Position numbers and translations under genes: made by a program
Notes under the pieces: model-generated
Told to the model about the DNA's origin: nothing
Seen by the model: only the letters and a program-made list of their open reading frames with translations
The model's database searches: none
From: an uncultured Bacteroidales bacterium
GTDB taxonomy: Bacteria; Bacteroidota; Bacteroidia; Bacteroidales; UBA3824
Length of the DNA stretch: 64,000 bases
NCBI GenBank assembly: GCA_905234655.1
Contig: CAJOJG010000006.1
Span: 4,709-68,708, forward strand
Reading direction: 5' to 3'
Part shown: positions 55,703 to 62,234 of the stretch, piece by piece
How positions within the stretch are numbered: position 1 is the stretch's first letter
Layout of the letters: each line of letters starts with the position of its first letter

Positions 55703-56428
55703 ATGAAACATTTATTGTTCATTTTGGCATTTATTACCATTTGCATCGTTTCCTGCGGACGGGACGATGACAAGACTGATGTCAGTCATTCGGGTGGCGT
55801 TAGAGACAGCGTTAAACATTATCCCGAGGATGGACGTATAATGTCCGATTATTACATTCAGGTTTTCATCGACCCTGACACCATAGAAGTGTGGCAGAAA
55901 GAGTATTACGGCTTGAAACCATATATTGCTGTTATGTTCGACGGTTATCAATACGACTGCAAAGGTTGGGGTGGTACGGAAGACTATGCGATTTTCAAAA
56001 AACATTCGGACATTCTCGGTGATTCTTTGTTTTCAGGGTTGTTAATTCCGTTCAGCAACAGGATAATCATTGGAGAACTTATGGAAATCAACGTCGTAAC
56101 CATCGATGATTTTGACGAGGAACATAAAAGCGGCAGTTCAGTTTCTGACATAATCACTTTTTATGGTTCGTCGCCGGTCGATTATATTAAAAATGGCTAC
56201 AAAAGCACAAAAGAATATTCAAAAGATTTGCCCGCAGGCATATCTTATGTGTACGACCTTATCAAGTACAATGCGTCGTCTATAGGCCAGGAAAAAGTAA
56301 GTTATATAGATTACTACTTTTTCCTCTGTTTCGACCGCCTTCCCTCGTCCCCCGGCACCTACACTTTTGAAATAGAAATCAAACTCTCTCAAAAAACTTT
56401 GAAAAACAAGGTAACGATGGAGTTTTAA
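55703..56428 (+). CDS. Hypothetical lipoprotein
   Basis: 241 aa. Lipobox CIVSCGRDDDK. It is preceded by AGGAGG 7 nt upstream of the ATG. I recognise no family motif. Confidence 0.6.
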   Translation: MKHLLFILAFITICIVSCGRDDDKTDVSHSGGVRDSVKHYPEDGRIMSDYYIQVFIDPDTIEVWQKEYYGLKPYIAVMFDGYQYDCKGWGGTEDYAIFKKHSDILGDSLFSGLLIPFSNRIIIGELMEINVVTIDDFDEEHKSGSSVSDIITFYGSSPVDYIKNGYKSTKEYSKDLPAGISYVYDLIKYNASSIGQEKVSYIDYYFFLCFDRLPSSPGTYTFEIEIKLSQKTLKNKVTMEF

Positions 56429-56449
56429 CAATATAAAGAATAAACAATT

Positions 56450-57754
56450 ATGAAGACGTCAAAAATAATCCTGACATTATTCCTCTCTGCCGCGCTGATT
56501 TTTCAGGCGTGCAACAAGGACGACGACGACCCCGTTGTTGACCCAGACAACCCCGACCCTGACAGCGGCGAGAAAGTAGAGGGAATCGACACAATTTCTA
56601 AGTTCAAAGTCGCTAAAATGGTGATAACCACTGAGAACGGCGCGACGATTAACGGCAAGGACAAAGCCGATTACGTCAACTGCACCATCGCCATCGAAAG
56701 CGAAAAAGAAGAGTGGAACACCACCGTTACGGGACGAATCCGTGGGCGCGGCAACTCATCTTGGAAGTGGTACGACAAAAAGCCCTACCGCCTCAAACTC
56801 GACGAAAAGTCCAAAATCCTCGGCCTGCGTTCCAACAAAGACTGGAACCTTCTCGCCAACTACCGCGACGCAACCGACCTGATGAACACTTTTGTCTTTG
56901 AACTCGGTCAACTTGCGGGTCTCGGTTACACCAACAACACCCGTTACGTGGAAATCACCTTGAACGGCGATTACATTGGTCTTTACCAACTTACGGAGAC
57001 CATCGAGGCCGCCAAAGACCGTGTCGACATCGACAAGGACAACGGCATTATCCTCTCGCTCGACGCTGACGACGGCCCTGAACTCTCGCCCGATGCCACC
57101 GACAATTTTTGGAGTGAGGTTTATTATATGCCGTGCTGCGTCAAGAATCCCGACAAGCCCACCGCCGCTCAGGTCAAGGCTGTAATGGACGAGTTTGCGG
57201 AACTTGAATACGCTGTCTATCAGCACGATTACAACGATTTTTCTGCCCTTGCCGACATCGACGCTTTCATCAACTACCTGTTGATTCAGGAGTTGGTGTA
57301 TAACGTCGAAGTCGCCGCGCCGAGGAGCATTTACCTTTATAAAGACGTCAACCAAAAATGGGGCTTCGGACCATTGTGGGATTTTGACGCGGGCTACGAC
57401 TTCGACTGGGGTTCAATGTATACTGGACACAATTTCTTCATGTCGTACAAGGAGTCAGTATTGGGAACCGACCCCAAGACCCACGACGGTGGTTACAGTT
57501 ACGTGCCGGAATTTTTCACTGACATGTTCCGCAGCAAGGAGTTCGTCCAGCACGTCCAAAACAACTGGCTCGACCTCGCCGGCCTTATCCCGCAGGCTTG
57601 GGCAAACGCTCAAAAATACGACATCTCAGCCGCCCTTGAACGCGACCTAAAACGTTGGCCGATAGACAAATCCCCCACCGTCGAAACCAAAAAGATGGGC
57701 GACTGGCTCACCAACCGCACAAACTACATGAACACCGTCGTCGGCGGGTATTAA
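56450..57754 (+). CDS. CotH kinase-fold family lipoprotein
   Basis: 434 aa. Lipobox FQACNKDDDDP. CotH signatures: GRIRGRGNSSWKWYDKKPYRLKLD, KDWNLLANYRDATDLMN, YVEITLNGDYIGLYQLTE, GPLWDFDAGYDFDWG. Confidence 0.8.
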   Translation: MKTSKIILTLFLSAALIFQACNKDDDDPVVDPDNPDPDSGEKVEGIDTISKFKVAKMVITTENGATINGKDKADYVNCTIAIESEKEEWNTTVTGRIRGRGNSSWKWYDKKPYRLKLDEKSKILGLRSNKDWNLLANYRDATDLMNTFVFELGQLAGLGYTNNTRYVEITLNGDYIGLYQLTETIEAAKDRVDIDKDNGIILSLDADDGPELSPDATDNFWSEVYYMPCCVKNPDKPTAAQVKAVMDEFAELEYAVYQHDYNDFSALADIDAFINYLLIQELVYNVEVAAPRSIYLYKDVNQKWGFGPLWDFDAGYDFDWGSMYTGHNFFMSYKESVLGTDPKTHDGGYSYVPEFFTDMFRSKEFVQHVQNNWLDLAGLIPQAWANAQKYDISAALERDLKRWPIDKSPTVETKKMGDWLTNRTNYMNTVVGGY

Positions 57755-57763
57755 GAGAATTAT

Positions 57764-57872
57764 AACCACGAAAAACACTAAAAACACTAAATTAATTTCC
57801 GTGTTTTCCGTGTCTTCCGTGGTTAAAATAAAAACAACAAAAGTTTTCGTGCTTTTCGTGTTTTTCGTGGTT
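57764..57872 (+). repeat. Hairpin repeat, CCACGAAAAA variant (copy C), composite
   Basis: AACCACGAAAAACAC...GTGTCTTCCGTGGTT (57764-57825) plus a second right arm, TTTTCGTGCTTTTCGTGTTTTTCGTGGTT (57844-57872), followed by AAAAAAAA. It lies 19 nt upstream of ATG 57892. Confidence 0.8.
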
Positions 57873-57891
57873 AAAAAAAATATATAAAAAT

Positions 57892-59181
57892 ATGAAACCG
57901 ATATTGAAACTACTCTTCCCCCTGTCGCTTTTTGCGGCGGCGGCGTGCAACAACGAGAGTGAAAACGTTGTTGCGCCCAACATCGAGGGCAAGCAAATCT
58001 TCGTCCCCAAAGACCTGGCGGACAACCTTGTAAACAATCCTTCCGACACTTCGTCGTGGAGTTACAGCCGCATGTCGCTCACTGACAATTTCGCAATCTT
58101 TTGGCAGAAAGGCTTTGGCGACAGCCTCAACAATCCGCCCGACCTCGATGGCAAGAAGATGAGCGTTGACCTCGACAACTTGCAAAAAAAGTTGGAATAT
58201 TTCTACGGCTATTACCGTGATTCACTGAAATTTATCGGTGAAAATTCCCTCGCCCAAAAATACCGCATGATGATAATGCTGTGGTATTCGCTCGAAGGCA
58301 CGGCATACGGCGGCGACTACGACCAGACGATTGGTGCGTTTTGGGTTGCGCCAAACAGGATTCAGGACACCGCGCTCAACTGTGTCGCCCACGAACTCGG
58401 ACACTCGTTCCAGATGCAGGCGCAGATTGACAAAGGCGGCCTGACCGAGGACAATTATTGGGATTGCGGGCCGTTTTACGAGATGGCCTCGCAGTTCATG
58501 CTTTGGCGGGTCAACCCCGACTGGATTCGCGACGAAAAATACCATTGGGACGCTTACCGCGAACAGTCTTTCAAGGCGTTCCTCTCTTGGGAAAACGCCT
58601 ACCACACGCCCTATGTGCTTGAATATTGGGCAGAAAAGCGCGGCGCGGACATCATCGCCAAGATGTTTCAGAACGCGAAAAAAGGCGAGGACGCGGTGGA
58701 CGTTTACAAGCGTCTGACGGGCATTTCGCAGGAGGATTTCAACATCGAAATGATGGAGGCCAACTGCAAGACTTTGAATTTGGATTTTTCACACGCATAC
58801 GCCAACACCCGCCAGTTTGTATTGCCGTTCTCGACCAAAATGCACGCTGTATCAGACGGTTACATAGAGGTTGACGACGCAAACCGTCCCGAAAATTATG
58901 GTTTCAACGCCATCGAAATCGACTTTCGCGGCAAGGAGGCCATCACCGCCGACTTTGTGCCGGAGCGCAACGACAACGTCAAGTTTTACACCCAGTTTGT
59001 CGGCATCGACAACGGCGGCAAGACGGTCTACGGCGGCATCAACGCCAACAGTTTCAAGATTCCCGACGGTCTTAAAACGTTGTACTACGTCGTGATGCCC
59101 GCCCCGCTCGTGCATTTCCACAACGTCGAAGACCCCGAAACCCAGAAAAATCCAAACTACGGATATAAGGTAAAAATGTAA
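57892..59181 (+). CDS. HExxH (gluzincin-like) lipoprotein, paralog 2 (no BACON module)
   Basis: 429 aa. Lipobox AAAACNNESEN. HELGH lies at 58390-58404 in CVAHELGHSFQMQ, with a downstream Glu in FYEMASQF. Confidence 0.75.
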   Translation: MKPILKLLFPLSLFAAAACNNESENVVAPNIEGKQIFVPKDLADNLVNNPSDTSSWSYSRMSLTDNFAIFWQKGFGDSLNNPPDLDGKKMSVDLDNLQKKLEYFYGYYRDSLKFIGENSLAQKYRMMIMLWYSLEGTAYGGDYDQTIGAFWVAPNRIQDTALNCVAHELGHSFQMQAQIDKGGLTEDNYWDCGPFYEMASQFMLWRVNPDWIRDEKYHWDAYREQSFKAFLSWENAYHTPYVLEYWAEKRGADIIAKMFQNAKKGEDAVDVYKRLTGISQEDFNIEMMEANCKTLNLDFSHAYANTRQFVLPFSTKMHAVSDGYIEVDDANRPENYGFNAIEIDFRGKEAITADFVPERNDNVKFYTQFVGIDNGGKTVYGGINANSFKIPDGLKTLYYVVMPAPLVHFHNVEDPETQKNPNYGYKVKM

Positions 59182-59188
59182 ATCTTTT

Positions 59189-59295
59189 GGTCACGGAACA
59201 CACAGAAAACACTGAAAGAGAATGTGGAAACAAATATTTTTTACAAAAATATTTAACAGAAACCACGGAAACTAAATTCAGTGTTTTCCGTGACC
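59189..59295 (+). repeat. Short-form inverted-repeat element (copy E, archetype)
   Basis: GGTCACGGAACACACAGAAAACACTGAAAGAGAATGTGGAAACAAATATTTTTTACAAAAATATTTAACAGAAACCACGGAAACTAAATTCAGTGTTTTCCGTGACC. It has terminal inverted repeats of at least 14 nt, inner complementary AACACTGAA/TTCAGTGTT segments and a central AT palindrome. It lies 20 nt upstream of ATG 59316. Confidence 0.85.
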
Positions 59296-59315
59296 AAAAA
59301 AAATCATAAGTTATA

Positions 59316-62000
59316 ATGAAAAAGTTCCTATTTCTAATTTTGTTGTTTTTCCCGCTGTGGCTCAATGCGCAGACGGAGATAACCTCGCCGAACAAGAAAA
59401 TCAGCGTCAAAGTTTCGGTGCATAACTCGGATGTCGTGTACTCTGTGAGTTACGGCAACACGCTGATAATGAGCGACTGCAAGGCGGCACTCATCGGCAA
59501 AGACTTTGCCACGAAATACGCCTTGAAAAAGTCTAAACCGGCATTGAAAACCGAGAAAACCACCTCGCCGTTCTACCGTTTCAGTAGTTTTGAGGTAAAG
59601 TACACCGAACAAAAATTCACCCTCGCCAACAATCTCGGAATCGTTTTCCGTGTCTTCGACGACGGCGTTTCTTACCGTTTCATTTACACCGGCAAAACCT
59701 CGGCGGAAGTCGAAAACGAAAAAGCCGTGTTCAATTTCACTGACGATTACAATTCGTGGATGTCGTTCACAACCAACGACAAAGACCCATTTGCAATGGC
59801 GTTTCAAAACATCTATTCTGAGAAAAAACTTTCCGCTCAAGAGTCGAAGCTCTCGTTCCTGCCCGTTGTCGCCGACTGTGGAAAAGTCAAGGCGACAGTT
59901 TTGGAAAGCGACTTGGAACATTTTCCGGGAATGTTCCTCAAAGCCGACGGCAAGAGCCTCAAAGCCGAGTTTGCACGTTATCCCAAAAAGTTTGACAAAT
60001 ATCCGTGGCGCGGAATGTCGTATGTGGCTGAAAGAGAGAATTTTATCGCCAAGATTAATGCCAACTTCAATCTTCCGTGGCGCATAATTTCGCTCACCGA
60101 AAACGATGCTCAAATGCCGGTCAGCAACCTTGTCTACGCCCTCAATTCGCCAAACCGTATCGGCAATACCGATTGGATAATCCCCGGCAAGTCGGCGTGG
60201 GACTGGTGGAACGATTGGAACATCAAAAACGTTGATTTTCAGGCTGGTATCAACACCGAAACTTACAAATATTTCATAGATTTTGCCGCCTCTCATTCGC
60301 TCGAATACATTATCCTCGACGAGGGTTGGTACGACAGCAAGAAGGCTGACATTATGAACCCGATTGCTGACATAAACCTCAAAGAATTAATCTCTTACGC
60401 AAACGATAGGGGTGTGGGCATCGTCCTTTGGGCGGTGTTTAATGTAATTGACGAAAACCTCGACCAAGTTTTTGCGCATTATTCCAAGATGGGTGTCAAG
60501 GGTTTCAAGATTGATTTTCTCGACCGCAACGACCAGACCGCCGTCGAAATGGCGTACCGCATCGCCGCGAAAGCCGCTGAATATCAGTTGGTTTTGGATT
60601 ATCACGGTTTTTATCCGCCGTCCGGAATGAACCGCGCTTACCCAAACGTTATCAATTTTGAAAGCGTTTTCGGAATGGAGGAGATGAAATGGAACGAGGA
60701 CAAAAAGGACATGCCGCTCTACGACGTTACATTCCCCTTTATCCGCATGATGTGCGGCCCCGTCGATTACACGCCCGGCGCAATGCGGAATGGTACAAAA
60801 CATTGGTATTCACCTATTTACGGCAACCCGATGAGCATGGGCACGAGGTGTCATCAGTTGGCGGCGTATGTGGTTCACGATTCGCCGTTTACGATGCTTG
60901 CCGACGCACCGAGCGCGTACCTGCAAGAGGAAAGTTTCACCGACTTTTTGTCAAAAATCCCCAACAATCCCGACTTTACCCAAATCCTTTCGGGCAAAAT
61001 TGGCGAACACGTCGTTACCGCCCGCAGGTTTGGTTCTGATTGGTTTGTAGGCGGTCTTACTAACTGGGACGACAGGGATTTGAACATCAGTTTTTCGTTT
61101 TTGGATTCCGACACTGACTACGATGTCGTACTCTACAAAGACGGCAAAAACGCGAACCACAACGGCGAGGATTATGCCGTTGAAAAATTTTCTGTCAAAA
61201 ACACAGATTCCAAGAATATTCATCTTGCCTCGGGCGGCGGTTTTGTAATGAAAATTTCTAAAAATTACAAGACTTCTTCACTTCCCACGTCGATTCCGTC
61301 AGACAAGAAGTTTGATAAGTTTTACAAAAAATATCTTAACATTTCAGGCATTCCGACGATTTCGAGCGCGAATGTCAGCGATTCGGCGTTGATAAAAACT
61401 CAGGAAATCATTTCGGTAATGCTCGCCAAGCGTCCCGACGTCAAGCGGAAAATGATTGAAAAAGGCTGTTACACAATGGTTTTGGGCAAAGATGAACAAG
61501 TCTGTGAACTGCCCGAATACGCGCATTTTTGCAACTGTGAGGACAGCATAAAATATTGGAACTGGCGGGCGCGTGGTTTTGGCGGTGCGCCTCAGCACGA
61601 AATTTCGGCAAGTTTCGGCGAGGAAAATGTTTTGGCTTTGACTTCCGACAGGTATCGTGGCGAAAACATCCCGATTCACGAGTTTTCGCATTTGATTCAT
61701 CTCGTTGGCATCGAGGGCGTTGACCCGACGTTCAGAAAGCGTCTGACCGATTGTTTCAATAATGCCAAAAGTCTTAATCTTTGGTCAGGAACATACGCAT
61801 TGTCAGACATTTACGAATATTTTGCTGAGGGCGTTCAGTCTTTTTTCAACTGCAACCAATACGTCCTGCCCGCCAACGGTGTCCACAACGCAATCAACCG
61901 CCGCGAAAAACTCAAAATCCACGACCCTCGGCTTTACAACTTGCTGAAAGAGTTTTTCTACGAAACGGACATTGATATTTACAACGAGGTGCATAGATGA
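59316..62000 (+). CDS. GH97 glycoside hydrolase fused to a C-terminal HExxH...EYFAE zincin-like domain
   Basis: 894 aa. Signal peptide LFFPLWLNAQ. GH97 motifs: GKSAWDWWNDWN, YIILDEGW, GVKGFKIDFLDRNDQ, VLDYHGFYPPSGMNRAYPNVINFESVFGMEE, MMCGPVDYTPGAM. After about aa 645 (about nt 61270) there is an extra ~240 aa domain with HEFSH (61677-61691) and YEYFAEGVQSFF about 45 aa later. Confidence 0.85.
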   Translation: MKKFLFLILLFFPLWLNAQTEITSPNKKISVKVSVHNSDVVYSVSYGNTLIMSDCKAALIGKDFATKYALKKSKPALKTEKTTSPFYRFSSFEVKYTEQKFTLANNLGIVFRVFDDGVSYRFIYTGKTSAEVENEKAVFNFTDDYNSWMSFTTNDKDPFAMAFQNIYSEKKLSAQESKLSFLPVVADCGKVKATVLESDLEHFPGMFLKADGKSLKAEFARYPKKFDKYPWRGMSYVAERENFIAKINANFNLPWRIISLTENDAQMPVSNLVYALNSPNRIGNTDWIIPGKSAWDWWNDWNIKNVDFQAGINTETYKYFIDFAASHSLEYIILDEGWYDSKKADIMNPIADINLKELISYANDRGVGIVLWAVFNVIDENLDQVFAHYSKMGVKGFKIDFLDRNDQTAVEMAYRIAAKAAEYQLVLDYHGFYPPSGMNRAYPNVINFESVFGMEEMKWNEDKKDMPLYDVTFPFIRMMCGPVDYTPGAMRNGTKHWYSPIYGNPMSMGTRCHQLAAYVVHDSPFTMLADAPSAYLQEESFTDFLSKIPNNPDFTQILSGKIGEHVVTARRFGSDWFVGGLTNWDDRDLNISFSFLDSDTDYDVVLYKDGKNANHNGEDYAVEKFSVKNTDSKNIHLASGGGFVMKISKNYKTSSLPTSIPSDKKFDKFYKKYLNISGIPTISSANVSDSALIKTQEIISVMLAKRPDVKRKMIEKGCYTMVLGKDEQVCELPEYAHFCNCEDSIKYWNWRARGFGGAPQHEISASFGEENVLALTSDRYRGENIPIHEFSHLIHLVGIEGVDPTFRKRLTDCFNNAKSLNLWSGTYALSDIYEYFAEGVQSFFNCNQYVLPANGVHNAINRREKLKIHDPRLYNLLKEFFYETDIDIYNEVHR

Positions 62001-62013
62001 TTTAATGCTTTTT

Positions 62014-62188
62014 GGGACACGGAACACACAGATGACACAGAAAGTGAGTGTGAAAACTAAATATTTTTTAGCAAAAATATTTACTGAAATCACGGAAACT
62101 AAATTCCTTTTTTCCCGTCAAAAATTTTAAAGAATTCAAAATTTTGTTTTTCGCAAAAGATTCAGTGATTTCAGTGTTTTCCGTGACT
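62014..62188 (+). repeat. Long-form inverted-repeat element (copy F)
   Basis: GGGACACGGAACACACAGATGACACAGAAAGTGAGTGTGAAAACTAAATATTTTTTAGCAAAAATATTTACTGAAATCACGGAAACTAAATTCC..., then a ~70-bp extension ending GATTCAGTGATTTCAGTGTTTTCCGTGACT followed by AAAAAA. It lies 46 nt upstream of ATG 62235. Confidence 0.8.
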
Positions 62189-62234
62189 AAAAAATGTACA
62201 ATTTTGATTTACTAATTTATTAATACTTAATACA

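Noticed and set aside
52355-56430. Considered calling the AT-rich island a mobile element.
   Set aside because: I found no integrase, transposase or relaxase gene, no tRNA target, and no flanking direct or inverted repeats. Only a compositional anomaly is supported, so it is reported as a finding and not as a mobile_element feature.
443-62188. Considered whether the recurring CACGGAAAACAC / GTGTTTTCCGTG motifs form a CRISPR array.
   Set aside because: The copies are dispersed over 60 kb, one per intergenic gap, and have internal dyad symmetry. They lack regular repeat-spacer periodicity, and there are no cas genes in the window.
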